Assembly (NCBI GenBank): GCA_020057185.1
Contig: JAGVGK010000045.1
Coordinates: 1 to 46,594 of the forward strand
Length of the DNA: 46,594 nt
Source of the DNA: Minisyncoccota bacterium
Lineage (GTDB): Bacteria; Patescibacteriota; Minisyncoccia; Phycocordibacterales; JACOZG01
Direction of reading: 5' to 3'
Part shown: positions 7,212-17,564 of the stretch, piece by piece
How the letters are laid out: each line of letters begins with the position of its first letter
Position numbering within the stretch: the stretch's first letter is position 1
Made by a program: the position numbers and the translations under genes
Notes under the pieces: model-generated
The model's input: the letters and a program-made list of their open reading frames with translations, nothing else
Database searches by the model: none
What the model was told of the DNA's origin: nothing

Positions 7212-8972
7212 ATGATGAGACCACCTCCTCGCCGACCACTACGACCGCGCGGCGACCAGTTAGAAAAGAAACCGATTCCCCCGCTCGCCCCGGGTGATAT
7301 TCGTATTATTCCGCTCGGCGGGGTCGAAGAGATCGGCAAAAATATGACCGCCATTGAAATGGACGGCGATATTATGGTGATTGACATCGGCTTCGCCTTC
7401 CCCGACGAGAATACGCCCGGAGTTGATTTCATCATTCCCGACACCACTTATCTCGAAGCGAACCGCGCGCGCGTCAAAGGGGTCGTTATCACGCACGGCC
7501 ACCTTGATCACACTGGCGGGATTTCTTATGTGATGCCGAAAATTGGCAATCCACCACTTTACACCAGGAACTTGACCGCCTTGATGATTAAAAAACGGCA
7601 AGAAGAATTTCCCCACCTCCCGCCCCTCGATATTATTGTCGTCGAAAAAGAGGAGCGAGTGAAGATTGGCAATTTCCGCGTCCACTTCTTCGGCGTCACG
7701 CACACCATTCCTGACTCGATGGGCGTAATTATTGAAACGCCTTACGGTCGGATTGTGAATCCGGGCGATTACAAACTCGACCTTGACACGGTAAACGGCA
7801 AACCGACGGAAGCGGAAGAAAAAGCTTATAGCATCTTCGATCAGGGCGAGACATTACTTTTGATGGCCGACTCGACCAACATTGAGAATCCGGGTTTCTC
7901 GCCACCCGAAAGTGAAGTGCACAAAAATCTTGAGACGATCATCAAGACCGTGAAGGGTCGGCTGATTATTGGAATGTTCGCCTCGCAATTTGAGCGAATT
8001 ATTAAAGTCCTAGAAATTGTGGAACGTTTAGGCCGGAAGATTGTCATCGAAGGTCGAAGTATGAAAACCAATGTGGAAGTCGCCCAGCTCGCGGGGATGT
8101 TAAAAATAAAAAAGGAAACGATTGTTCCCGTTCAAGAAGTAGATCAATATCCGCCAGAAAAGATCGTGGTCTTGGCGACCGGTGCGCAAGGCGAAGAATT
8201 CGCGGCGCTAATGCGGATGGCGACTAAGCAACATAAATATTTCCAATTTAAAAAAGGCGACACCGTCCTTCTCTCCTCTTCCATTATTCCGGGGAACGAA
8301 CGAACGGTGCAAAGATTGAAAGATAATATCGCGCGCCAAGGCGCGAAGATTGTTCACTACCGCACTTCCGAAGTTTATATTCACTCCTCCGGTCACGGTA
8401 ATCGCGGTGAGATCGAGTGGTTGCATCGGAAGATCAAACCGCATTTCTTCATTCCGATTCACGGTCATCATCAGAAGCTCCACGTCCACGCCGATCTGGC
8501 GCTAGAACTCGGCATGCCGGAAAAAAATATTGTCATTCCCGATAACGGCATGGTGATTGATATCACGGCGAAAGGAACGAAAATGCACGCGCTTAAAGAG
8601 ACCGTCTCAAGTCGGCTGGTGATGGTGGACGGTTCCGGCGCGGATAATGTAAAAGAAGTGGTGATTAAAGATCGGGTGATGCTCGCGCAAGAAGGCATCT
8701 TCGTTATCATTGCGATTATCAATCAGCAGACGGGTAAGGTGGTGAAGTCGCCCGACATCATCTCGCGCGGTTTCGTTTATCTGAAAGAATCTCAAGACTT
8801 ACTCCACTATGTTCGCCTAATGGTTAAACGGAAAATTGAAGACGCGACCTCGCGAATGAATCCGATCAACTTCGATTATGTGAAAAATATTCTCCGTGAA
8901 GAAATCGGCAAATATCTCTACCAAAAAACCCACTCCCGCCCGCTCGTCCTCCCCGTCTTGATTGAGGTGTAG
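7212..8972 (+). CDS. rnj: ribonuclease J
   Basis: PLGGVEEIGKNM, THGHLDHTGG metallo-beta-lactamase motif, HSSGH, PIHG. Confidence 0.95.
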   Translation: MMRPPPRRPLRPRGDQLEKKPIPPLAPGDIRIIPLGGVEEIGKNMTAIEMDGDIMVIDIGFAFPDENTPGVDFIIPDTTYLEANRARVKGVVITHGHLDHTGGISYVMPKIGNPPLYTRNLTALMIKKRQEEFPHLPPLDIIVVEKEERVKIGNFRVHFFGVTHTIPDSMGVIIETPYGRIVNPGDYKLDLDTVNGKPTEAEEKAYSIFDQGETLLLMADSTNIENPGFSPPESEVHKNLETIIKTVKGRLIIGMFASQFERIIKVLEIVERLGRKIVIEGRSMKTNVEVAQLAGMLKIKKETIVPVQEVDQYPPEKIVVLATGAQGEEFAALMRMATKQHKYFQFKKGDTVLLSSSIIPGNERTVQRLKDNIARQGAKIVHYRTSEVYIHSSGHGNRGEIEWLHRKIKPHFFIPIHGHHQKLHVHADLALELGMPEKNIVIPDNGMVIDITAKGTKMHALKETVSSRLVMVDGSGADNVKEVVIKDRVMLAQEGIFVIIAIINQQTGKVVKSPDIISRGFVYLKESQDLLHYVRLMVKRKIEDATSRMNPINFDYVKNILREEIGKYLYQKTHSRPLVLPVLIEV

Positions 8973-9012
8973 AGTGTATGCTATTTTAGAATTAGAAAGG
9001 AGATGATCAAAA

Positions 9013-9174
9013 ATGGTCACAAAGAAAAGTAAGAGCGATGAAAAATCAGTCCCCCTGGTTCCACCTCAAACGACTGACGAGCAAGCGCGCCATTGGAAAA
9101 TGCTAGATGACCAGGCAGCTAATAACGACGCTGAACGGGAAAGGATACGTGAACGAGAACTGGACAATGGTTAG
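9013..9174 (+). CDS. 53-aa charged orphan protein (absent from the ORF track)
   Basis: AGAAAGGAG at 8994-9002; ORF MVTKKSKSDEKSVPLVPPQTTDEQARHWKMLDDQAANNDAERERIRERELDNG; own terminator downstream. Confidence 0.6.
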   Translation: MVTKKSKSDEKSVPLVPPQTTDEQARHWKMLDDQAANNDAERERIRERELDNG

Positions 9175-9230
9175 TTGATGAACTGGTCAAGGCGCCGCCT
9201 TGACATGAGTGATGAGGAGGAGAAATTCGA

Positions 9231-9268
9231 GGGCGATCCGCCACGGTGGACCGCCCTTTATTTTTTTG
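9231..9268 (+). terminator. intrinsic terminator
   Basis: gggcgatccgcc-ac-ggtggaccgccc followed by tttattttttt. Confidence 0.7.
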
Positions 9269-9364
9269 TTTTTCAACTTATACCGTACTTACACGATCGG
9301 AGATGAATGGAATAATTTAGAATTTAATACAAAAATTATTTATTCAGGTATAATTGAGGGCACA

Positions 9365-10504
9365 ATGACCCGCCATATATTTTTCGCTGGGTTCTCACTT
9401 ACGCTTAGCGCCGCGCTCACTTATTATGTCAACTCCTCTTTCCTCGAGAGCCTCGTGGGAGAAAAGAAGATTGGTTTGATCTACGCGCTCTCGGCATTTA
9501 CCACCCTAATAATGATTCTCTTTGTCCCGTCGCTAGGACGAAGTTACGGCCTACTAAAACCAATCCGCTGGTTTGGACTCATCTTCTTCGGCAGTATTCT
9601 CACGCTAGCGGTTAGTCAGACGCCCATTGTGCAAATCCTTGCTTTCGTCGCCATCCACGCAATGGTAGTTTCTTTAGGCTTGTGGCTCGACCTTTATTTA
9701 GAAACCCTCTCTTCAGACAGCCGGACGGGGCGGATCCGAGGCGGGTATCTCACCGCCATCAATACTGCCGTGCTTATCTCACCCTACTTAAGTGGCACCA
9801 TCTTGGGACACTTCGGTAATTCTGGGGCTGATTATCGAATAATCTACGGGCTTTCTTGTCTAGCCACCCTGCCTTTCCTATATCAAATATTTTTTAAGCT
9901 CGCCCCTCAACCACTTCCTGCTACCATTTTTGGCTTACGGACTAAACTCCGCGACCGTAATCTGCGCAAAATTTTGGCCCTCGATTTCTTGCTCAATCTT
10001 TTCTACTTTTTTATGGTTATTTATCTCCCGCTTCACCTCATCCAAACGATCGGCTTCTCGTGGCAAAATGTTGGTTTAATTTTCACGATCATGCTTCTGC
10101 CATTTGTCTTAATTGAATATCCGCTTGGTTGGCTGGCGGATCAAAAATTTGGCGAGAAAGAAATTTTGAGCATCGGACTCGTTATCATTGCCATCTCCAC
10201 CATTCCCCTTGCTTTCTTAACTAGTCAAAGTTTGGCCGTCTGGGCACTCCTTCTCTTCGCCACCCGCGTTGGCGCCGCCACGATTGAATCAATGAAGGAA
10301 ACTTATTTATTTAAAAAAGTGACCGGTGGTGATATTGGCATCATCAGCTTGTCGCGACTAATGATTCCCTCGGCTTATCTCATCGGCTCCCTCGGGAGCA
10401 TCATCTTCCTGCTTTTCTTCCCCACCCCCTATCTCTTCCTCCTTCTTAGCGTCCTTCTTCTTCTCGGCCTCTCCTTCTCGCTCACGCTCGAAGATACGAG
10501 ATAA
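9365..10504 (+). CDS. MFS transporter (ATG at 9365 preferred)
   Basis: About 12 hydrophobic helices, GWLADQKFGEK MFS-type loop motif; TATAAT shortly upstream. Confidence 0.85.
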   Translation: MTRHIFFAGFSLTLSAALTYYVNSSFLESLVGEKKIGLIYALSAFTTLIMILFVPSLGRSYGLLKPIRWFGLIFFGSILTLAVSQTPIVQILAFVAIHAMVVSLGLWLDLYLETLSSDSRTGRIRGGYLTAINTAVLISPYLSGTILGHFGNSGADYRIIYGLSCLATLPFLYQIFFKLAPQPLPATIFGLRTKLRDRNLRKILALDFLLNLFYFFMVIYLPLHLIQTIGFSWQNVGLIFTIMLLPFVLIEYPLGWLADQKFGEKEILSIGLVIIAISTIPLAFLTSQSLAVWALLLFATRVGAATIESMKETYLFKKVTGGDIGIISLSRLMIPSAYLIGSLGSIIFLLFFPTPYLFLLLSVLLLLGLSFSLTLEDTR

Positions 10505-10528
10505 AGAAAGAATATGTGGATAAATAGG

Positions 10529-10621
10529 TTGACTTCCGATCCCGCTTTTGCTATACATAAAAGATTCTCACGAAAAAGACCCTTATGCGGTTCCGTCCGT
10601 ATCGGGGGCTTTTTCTTTTTT
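10529..10621 (+). ncRNA. candidate small RNA or empty expression cassette (promoter directly followed by terminator)
   Basis: TTGACT-N17-TATACA (10529-10557), then hairpin 10573-10614 and T-run; no ORF in between. Confidence 0.4.
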
Positions 10622-10736
10622 ACCGTTTACTGGATTTGCAAAATCGCCCTTTGCATAAACCAAGTTAAGAAATCAATATGATAAATAGCGCACGGTCGTG
10701 AATTATTTAGCATATCGCTTGAAAAATAAAAAGAGA

Positions 10737-10774
10737 TAAAAAAAGCGGGGTCGTTGGTTTGACGATCCCCGCTT
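10737..10774 (-). terminator. intrinsic terminator of ORF 10812-11255
   Basis: aagcggggtcgt...acgatccccgctt inverted repeat; A-run on the + strand gives the U-tract. Confidence 0.7.
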
Positions 10775-10811
10775 GGATACTTTGTCCAACACCGAGTGTT
10801 GGACATTTTCC

Positions 10812-11255
10812 TCACGCCACTTTTTTCTCTTTGAGATTCCAGCTCCGCAACATCCTCTGGCGAATCATCTTCGGCCGACTTTGTGAAGCATCAAGTGAAT
10901 TTCCATCAGCCGCGACGACTATATCATGAAAAAGGGTGGGTTCAAGCCCAAGCCATTCTCGACAAAGAGTAATGGCAAACAAAGAAGAGTTTGAGTATAC
11001 GGTCTTATGCTTCTTCTTTGCTTCTATTTCTCCGGCAAGATAGAGGGCAGTAATAGGACAACAATAGTAACGAACTAAGCGGGGTCTCCGATCTCGATAA
11101 GATCTAGGATAACGATGCCTCGGTCCGTAAAAACGGATCACTTGATGATCAAGGAACGGCCTCCACCTTTTTCTACCTTCTTTCGTCAAAACACGAAGGG
11201 CTCGGAAAAAACCGTCCAAATCCATCTTCTTGCTTGTCTTATCTCGTGACCTCAT
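10812..11255 (-). CDS. basic hypothetical protein (147 aa)
   Basis: AGAAGGGAG SD, TTGACA-N16-TATGAT promoter overlapping the helicase stop, own terminator. Confidence 0.65.
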   Translation of the reverse strand: MRSRDKTSKKMDLDGFFRALRVLTKEGRKRWRPFLDHQVIRFYGPRHRYPRSYRDRRPRLVRYYCCPITALYLAGEIEAKKKHKTVYSNSSLFAITLCREWLGLEPTLFHDIVVAADGNSLDASQSRPKMIRQRMLRSWNLKEKKVA

Positions 11256-11332
11256 CGGTCATCTCCCTTCTGAATTCTGGTTAAAGTTCAAGGTCCAAAC
11301 TATTTTTAATCATAGCCATCATTTATCTTTTG

Positions 11333-14311
11333 TCAACTTTTTTGCGACATCGCCCAGAGGGTGCAGAATTGGCAATCGGGTTGGTGACAACCGCGGTCGA
11401 GAAATTTGAGCGAGAGAATCTCGCTCGCGACTTGGCTAATCGTCACCGCGAGCGCTTCGGTGTCTTCATGAGTCACCGTAAAACACTCCCGCCGATATTT
11501 ATTATTTGTCGGTTCGAGAAAATCTAACATCCCCTCGACCATTTTATATTTCCCATTATCCCAACGATCAAGCAGAAGTTTATAGAAAACAAGTTGGCGC
11601 CGATAGTCATCCGTCTTGCGCGGGCGACCGGTTTTATAATCCACGATGCGCACGGTGGTCTCATCCAGCGGTTCAATTTTATCAAGCTGACCAGTCAAAC
11701 GGAGGCGTTGGCTCTGATGGCGGGAAACTGGATCAAGCAACACTCCACGAATCGAGAGCTCGTTGACCAGTGGCGTCACAAAAGTTTTTCGATAGTGATG
11801 ATAATAACCAGTCAATGCTTTCGTCCCTCGTTCTAAGACAAGTTTCTGATCTAAAACTGATAATGGTTCGCAGGCTAAATGAGTTTGGAAAGATTTGAGA
11901 AGTAAATTTTTTCCAGACTTTTTATTTTTGCGATAAGCTTCGAAAAAATCAAACAACGCGCCGTGCATCGCCGTCCCGTAAATTAGACGACGATCTTTAA
12001 CTTTAACCAACCGCAAAAGATTTTGGAAATAATAGCGGAGCGGACAGCGCAGATAATTATTAAGCCCCGTCGCCGAGAGTCCTTGCCGATGGAAAAGTTG
12101 GCGCAGATATTCGCGATGGCGGAGACCCAAACCGCGTTGTGGGCGAGGCAAGAAATCGTGGCGGGCAACTTTTTCTTCGATCGCCGGTAAATATTCCAGT
12201 AAACTTTTATCAATCTCTTCAATAAACTGACTGGGCAATTGCCGACGATCATTATCGCCCCGTTCCGAATAACTAATCGTCACGCCGTGTCGCGCCCGCG
12301 TCAGTGCCACATAGAAAAGTCGCCGTTCATCCTCTTCGCGATCATCAATCACGAGTGGCAGAGTGACGCCCCGAGTTGGCAAGAGAAAAAGATTATGTCG
12401 CCGGCGATTACCGAAATGACCGTCATAAGCTTTGATGAGATAAACATAATCCCATTCGAGCCCCTTGGCGCGATGAACCGTGGAAACTTGAATCCCATTC
12501 AATCCAATGGTGGTTGGCTTGCCGAGCGACGCGCCGTGAGTTGTGAGCGTCGCCAAATGTTCGAGAAATTGTTCAAGCGAATATTTCGGCTGTGTGGCAA
12601 CTAATGACTTCAACTCATCAAAGAAACTATGCAGACGACTTAATTTCTCCACCGCTTGCGGGTGTTTGAGTAGGGCCGTAAGGAAACCGGACTCGTTCAC
12701 CACCGCACCGAAAAGTTCTGGGAGATTCTGATTCCGGCTCATTTTCTGCCAGCGTTCGAGCGATTGATAAAACTGATAAATAATCGCGGGCTGTTTCAGC
12801 CCCAGCCGTTTCAAATTCTTGAAATCGCGAATTAGCCAATAGAGATTCATCCGTTTCGTTCGCACTTCTTCGCTCAAACGATAAAGATCGAGCGCCTCAA
12901 GACCGAAAAAATCGAAATGAAAAATAGTGATTAGATATTGATCATCGCCGAAATAGTGAATCGCCTTGAACAGCGTGATAAGTTTTTGAATATCAATGTC
13001 CGTCAGCACATCGGAATTCGTCGCCACTTGATAGGGCAAATTAGCGCGCTCTAATTCTTCAATGATCGCCGTCGCATCGCGATTGTCGCGATAAAGAATG
13101 GCTAATTCGGCTGGTGGCGTCCCCTGTTTAATCCGTGATTTTAATTCGCCAATAAGAAAGTCAAGTTCGTAAGTCGCATCGGGCGCGGTATAAATTCTAA
13201 TTAGTTCTTTATTTTTTATCGGCTGATTTCGCGCTTTGGCCAATAGTTTAACTCGACTAGCTTCGGGAATTGACTGACTGGTAAGAATTACACTGCGCGC
13301 GGCGTCGAGAATTGCCTGCGTCGAACGATAATTGTCCGTCAAGGTAATCAAACGGGCCCGCGGATACAAGCGACGAAAATAATTGAAGTTATCCAACGAC
13401 GCGCCTTGAAATTGAAAAATCGCCTGCTTGTCGTCACCAACAATAAAAATGTTTGGCGACTCGTGGAAACTGGCGAGTAATTCGAGCAAACGATTCTGGG
13501 ATTGATTAGCGTCTTGATGTTCATCCGCCAAAAGATATTGATATTCTTCTTGCAACGACAAACGGAAATCTTCATCTTGCTCGACCACCCGAATCACTTC
13601 CATCACCATATCGCTGAAGTCATAAAGCTTTTTTTCTTTCAACGCTATTTCGTAACGACGATACAGAATTCCCAACTCGCGATTTTTGAAAAGTTGAGTT
13701 TGCTTCGAATGATACTTCCCGCGAATTTTACCAGCATACTTTCCTTTCTCGTGTCGAAGATCGGAAATATTTTCAAACTCGGTAATCATTCGATTAACAA
13801 TTAAAGTGAAATCCCGCGGTGAAAGATTTTCCTTTTTCAATCGCTCAATCGCCTGCAACGCCGAGGTGAGATAATGATAGGGATCATTCCACGGCTTGAG
13901 GAAAGCGAGCCGACTCTGATTGATGACGCCTTCCATAATTTTCAGCTGATCCACTTGATTGGCCGGTCGCGCTCCGACGATACTCGGAAAATGTTCGGGA
14001 TAACGATTAATCAGTTCATTGCAAAAACCGTGGAAGGTGTGAATCGCCACGCGATAAGCCCGACTGCCGATGATCTCCACCAGTCGCTCGCGCATCGAGT
14101 GCACGCCAGAATTGGTGAAGGTTAAGGCGAGAATACTATCCGGACTCGTGTCAGTGAGACGCAAGATGTTGGCAATGCGTAGCGTCAGCACTTGCGTTTT
14201 CCCCGTCCCCGGTCCCGCCACGACCATCACCGGTCCGTCAATTGTGTCGACGACCTCCCGCTGGGCGAGATTGAGTTGCTTATATAGTGCCTTGAATTTG
14301 GTCGATGTCAT
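11333..14311 (-). CDS. UvrD/PcrA-family ATP-dependent helicase with C-terminal PD-(D/E)XK nuclease domain
   Basis: AGPGTGKT, DEHQD, VGDDKQAIF, NYRS, STVHRAKGLE, ERRLFYVALTRA; C-terminal GQLDKIE...IVDYKTG and Cys cluster. Confidence 0.92.
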   Translation of the reverse strand: MTSTKFKALYKQLNLAQREVVDTIDGPVMVVAGPGTGKTQVLTLRIANILRLTDTSPDSILALTFTNSGVHSMRERLVEIIGSRAYRVAIHTFHGFCNELINRYPEHFPSIVGARPANQVDQLKIMEGVINQSRLAFLKPWNDPYHYLTSALQAIERLKKENLSPRDFTLIVNRMITEFENISDLRHEKGKYAGKIRGKYHSKQTQLFKNRELGILYRRYEIALKEKKLYDFSDMVMEVIRVVEQDEDFRLSLQEEYQYLLADEHQDANQSQNRLLELLASFHESPNIFIVGDDKQAIFQFQGASLDNFNYFRRLYPRARLITLTDNYRSTQAILDAARSVILTSQSIPEASRVKLLAKARNQPIKNKELIRIYTAPDATYELDFLIGELKSRIKQGTPPAELAILYRDNRDATAIIEELERANLPYQVATNSDVLTDIDIQKLITLFKAIHYFGDDQYLITIFHFDFFGLEALDLYRLSEEVRTKRMNLYWLIRDFKNLKRLGLKQPAIIYQFYQSLERWQKMSRNQNLPELFGAVVNESGFLTALLKHPQAVEKLSRLHSFFDELKSLVATQPKYSLEQFLEHLATLTTHGASLGKPTTIGLNGIQVSTVHRAKGLEWDYVYLIKAYDGHFGNRRRHNLFLLPTRGVTLPLVIDDREEDERRLFYVALTRARHGVTISYSERGDNDRRQLPSQFIEEIDKSLLEYLPAIEEKVARHDFLPRPQRGLGLRHREYLRQLFHRQGLSATGLNNYLRCPLRYYFQNLLRLVKVKDRRLIYGTAMHGALFDFFEAYRKNKKSGKNLLLKSFQTHLACEPLSVLDQKLVLERGTKALTGYYHHYRKTFVTPLVNELSIRGVLLDPVSRHQSQRLRLTGQLDKIEPLDETTVRIVDYKTGRPRKTDDYRRQLVFYKLLLDRWDNGKYKMVEGMLDFLEPTNNKYRRECFTVTHEDTEALAVTISQVASEILSLKFLDRGCHQPDCQFCTLWAMSQKS

Positions 14312-14339
14312 GCTCCCGATTATATGCTACAATCAAAAA

Positions 14340-14792
14340 ATGCTCCACCAACAAATTAAAGAGGATGTGAAGAAGGCGATGCTGGAAAAGAATCCGCTGA
14401 AGTTGAATACGATTCGTGGGCTGGTCGCCGCTTGTACGAATGAATTAGTCGCGACCAAACGAAAACCGGATGTAATGTTGAAAGATAATGAAGTGATAGC
14501 GGTCATCCGTCGAGGCATGAAGCAACGACAAGATTCGATTGAACAATTCACCGCCGGTGGGCGGAAGGATTTAGTTAAACAAGAAACGACCGAATTGGAA
14601 ATTCTAAAAACTTATCTTCCCCCCGAACTCTCGATTAAAGTAATTGAAAAATCCGTCCGCGCGAAAATGGCGGAATTAAAAATCAAGGATAAAAAAGACA
14701 TCGGCAAACTCACCGGCGCCGTGATGAAAGACTTGAAAGGCGAAGCCGACGGCACGACCGTCAAGAAAGTGATTGAGAGTTTGCTGGGATAA
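14340..14792 (+). CDS. GatB/YqeY domain protein
   Basis: KQRQDSIEQF..GGR.DL, YLPPELS, GEADG motifs; ATG at 14340. Confidence 0.9.
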   Translation: MLHQQIKEDVKKAMLEKNPLKLNTIRGLVAACTNELVATKRKPDVMLKDNEVIAVIRRGMKQRQDSIEQFTAGGRKDLVKQETTELEILKTYLPPELSIKVIEKSVRAKMAELKIKDKKDIGKLTGAVMKDLKGEADGTTVKKVIESLLG

Positions 14793-14794
14793 AA

Positions 14795-15598
14795 TTAATC
14801 AATCTCGTAGCGGAGAGTGACAGTGACGATGACATCTTGCGAGCCGGGTTCGATGGTTGGGGCGGGCAGAGGTGCATCCATCGCCGTGCTATCAAGCGAC
14901 ATCACTCGAGCGTTATAATACTTCTCATTGTAAGATTGTTCGCCTTCATCAATCCCGAGCAAGCGGCCAACGCTGAAACCGCCGGCCTTCGCGACAAGCT
15001 TCGCCTTCTCTCGCGCTTGAGCAATCGCCTTGGCACGCGCTTCATTCTCAACGGCGACGGGATCATCAATGGTGAAATTAAGTTGCGAAACATTATTCGC
15101 CCCCTTCTCGACGACACCCGAGAGAATCGCGCCAATCTTGGCGAAGTCTCGCACTTTCACCGCAACACTTTGCGTCACCGTATAACCGACAATCGAAGGC
15201 GGCGGACAAACAGTGTTTTTACCAAGCGAACGGTAAAGCACGGGGGCGCAATAAGTATTCTGATAACGGGGCGCAAGATTATACTGCTCGGTTTTGATAT
15301 CTTTATCGGCGACCCCTTGATCTTTCAAGAAAGAATTAATTTTGTTGCCACGCTCGGTGTTGTCATGATTAAGCGTCGCAATATCCGTCCCCCCTTCATT
15401 AATAATACTAAACGAAAACATTGCCACATCCGGTCGCGCCACCACTTTGCCCTCACCAGTCACTGCGAAACTGCGGAAAGCCGAGGGCTGGATCGAACGA
15501 GAATAAGTCCGCGCCAAACTCCAAATCGAACCGCCAACGAGAAGCACGGCAATAATAATCGCCCAACCGAGAAATATCTTTATTTTATCTGAAGCCAT
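14795..15598 (-). CDS. SIMPL (DUF541) domain protein
   Basis: VTGEGKVVARPDVA, GANNVSQLNF, IEPGSQDV motifs; N-terminal TM. Confidence 0.9.
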   Translation of the reverse strand: MASDKIKIFLGWAIIIAVLLVGGSIWSLARTYSRSIQPSAFRSFAVTGEGKVVARPDVAMFSFSIINEGGTDIATLNHDNTERGNKINSFLKDQGVADKDIKTEQYNLAPRYQNTYCAPVLYRSLGKNTVCPPPSIVGYTVTQSVAVKVRDFAKIGAILSGVVEKGANNVSQLNFTIDDPVAVENEARAKAIAQAREKAKLVAKAGGFSVGRLLGIDEGEQSYNEKYYNARVMSLDSTAMDAPLPAPTIEPGSQDVIVTVTLRYEID

Positions 15599-15649
15599 AT
15601 AAAATAATATTTATTAAGTTAATAATATCTCATCATACGCTAAAACCAA

Positions 15650-16537
15650 CTAATTTACCACCCCTAGCGCCACCATTTCTTGGCCCGGGCGAGAGATGGT
15701 CTCATCGGTGTAGCCGAGTACTATCGCGTTTTGGTTGGCAAATAATTCTTCCCCGCCTTCAATCCGAGCAATCAAATCCCCTTTTTTAATCACCTGCCCG
15801 GGCTCAACCAACATTTGGATGGGACCGGAAATTATCGGCTTGGGTTCATCGGAATAATTAAATATTTTACCCGTCGATCCAACACTCGATGTTGGAGTAT
15901 CATTAACATCGAGTGTTTTATTTTCGGCAATTAAACCAAAATGACAAAGAATCCGCAAAATTGCGTTAACACCAATTCTGACATTCTTCTCATCCACAAT
16001 ATAAGCGCCGCCGAGTTCGAGTGTTAGCGCGGGAATACCGATTTTTGTTAAACTGCCAGAGAGTGTCTGATTTAAAGTTTTGCTAATTTCTTGCACTGTC
16101 ACCAAGCCAGCCGAAAGAGCCATTCGGCTCAACCGAGCATGAAAATCGGGCAACATACTATTCCGATCATCGATTAGAGTGTAGGGAATAGAATTAATCC
16201 AATCATTATGAAGATCGAGAACCAAATCCGGTTTCGTTTCGATAATTGTTTGCCAAACATTGTGTACAATTTTTTGACCTAATGTGCCATCAACTTGTCC
16301 GGGAAACAAACGATTAAGATCCTCACCGGTCTCCGGCAATTCTCTAACTTTTTTATCCGCGCCGGTCTCGTTGACTAGGGGCAAAGCGTGTAAAGAACCT
16401 TTAACCAATTCCACCTTTTCTAATTCGGCAAATAATTTTTTGATTACGGCACCACCACCCGGTTCATCACCGTGAAGCGTGCCTGTGAGCCAAACCACTG
16501 GTCCATCAACCTTAGATTTTTTTTCTAGATAGGTCAT
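15650..16537 (-). CDS. succinylglutamate desuccinylase/aspartoacylase-family (M14-like) hydrolase
   Basis: HGDE, DLNRLFPG, LDLH, TLELG motifs. Confidence 0.88.
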   Translation of the reverse strand: MTYLEKKSKVDGPVVWLTGTLHGDEPGGGAVIKKLFAELEKVELVKGSLHALPLVNETGADKKVRELPETGEDLNRLFPGQVDGTLGQKIVHNVWQTIIETKPDLVLDLHNDWINSIPYTLIDDRNSMLPDFHARLSRMALSAGLVTVQEISKTLNQTLSGSLTKIGIPALTLELGGAYIVDEKNVRIGVNAILRILCHFGLIAENKTLDVNDTPTSSVGSTGKIFNYSDEPKPIISGPIQMLVEPGQVIKKGDLIARIEGGEELFANQNAIVLGYTDETISRPGQEMVALGVVN

Positions 16538-17555
16538 AACACAATTTTTTCACCAACCCCGGGCCTTCGTAAATCAGGCCGGTGATTAGCTGAATCAAAT
16601 CCGCGCCGGCCGAGAATTTGGCTTGTGCATCGGCCGGTGACATCACACCGCCACAACCGATAATGGTGAATTTTTTACCATAGTGCTCACGCGTTTGCCG
16701 AATTAAAGAAGTGGACAAATCGCGACACGGCTTGCCACTTAGACCGCCAACATATTGCGCCGGCGCTTCATCGCGAAAGTCGAGCGCCGAATAATCTTTA
16801 TTCAAATTACCGATAATTACACCGGCCAAATTATAATCAGCGATTACCTGCAAAAGATTATTAAAATCTGCCCACAGCAAATTGATCGGCATCTTCACAT
16901 AAATCGGTTTCGCACACGGAATCTTTTTCACCGCTTCTAATAATTTTTTGAGTAAGACTGATGTGGTGAAAGTCTCACCGCCGAAAGCGTTGGGGCAAGA
17001 AATATTCAAAGTGTAATAATCGCCGACCTTATGCGCGAGACAATGTTTGAGACTGGCGCAATAATCTTCTATTCCCGCTTCCACCTCGGCCGCTTGAGTA
17101 TCGTTAGTCCGCGCTAAGCTAATCCCAACAACAAAATCTGGCGTTCGCGTTCGCTTCTCCAAACGCGCGACAATCACCTCGACGCCTTCATTGCGTAAAC
17201 CTTTGCTAACCAAAATGCTTCGCGAGTGAGGCAAGCGCCGCAGGCGCGGTGGCGGATTACCCTCACACAGTCGCGCTGTCACCGAACCGACTTCCGCTCC
17301 ACCCAAACCGATCGCTGGTAAAATTTGCGTCAAGCGCGCGTTGTAATCAAAACCAGCCGACAAAATAAACGGCGTCCGATAAGTATTGCCATCTACTGTC
17401 CGGCTAATATCCGGTCCGCGATAATTGTAAATAGCGCTCACCGCTGACCGCGTCAGCGAATTACTTCCCAGCCACTCACCCAACGAAGTCATCCAGTTGT
17501 GAACTCGCTCTGGATCAAAACGAAAAAGAATCGGCTTGAGTATTTTTGAATACAA
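16512..17555 (-). CDS. pyrD: quinone-dependent dihydroorotate dehydrogenase (class 2)
   Basis: DPERVH, SAGFD, GNPPPRL, NISCPN, GGLSG, IIGCGG, LIQLITGLIYEGP. Confidence 0.92.
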   Translation of the reverse strand: MYSKILKPILFRFDPERVHNWMTSLGEWLGSNSLTRSAVSAIYNYRGPDISRTVDGNTYRTPFILSAGFDYNARLTQILPAIGLGGAEVGSVTARLCEGNPPPRLRRLPHSRSILVSKGLRNEGVEVIVARLEKRTRTPDFVVGISLARTNDTQAAEVEAGIEDYCASLKHCLAHKVGDYYTLNISCPNAFGGETFTTSVLLKKLLEAVKKIPCAKPIYVKMPINLLWADFNNLLQVIADYNLAGVIIGNLNKDYSALDFRDEAPAQYVGGLSGKPCRDLSTSLIRQTREHYGKKFTIIGCGGVMSPADAQAKFSAGADLIQLITGLIYEGPGLVKKLCYDLSRKKI

Positions 17556-17564
17556 TTTAATAAT

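Noticed and set aside
9209-9364. N-terminal extensions in the ORF track (MFS from 9209; similarly YqeY from 14070, DoxX from 18059, target from 5054)
   Set aside because: They run through terminators, promoters or opposite-strand genes; downstream ATGs fit the expression signals better.
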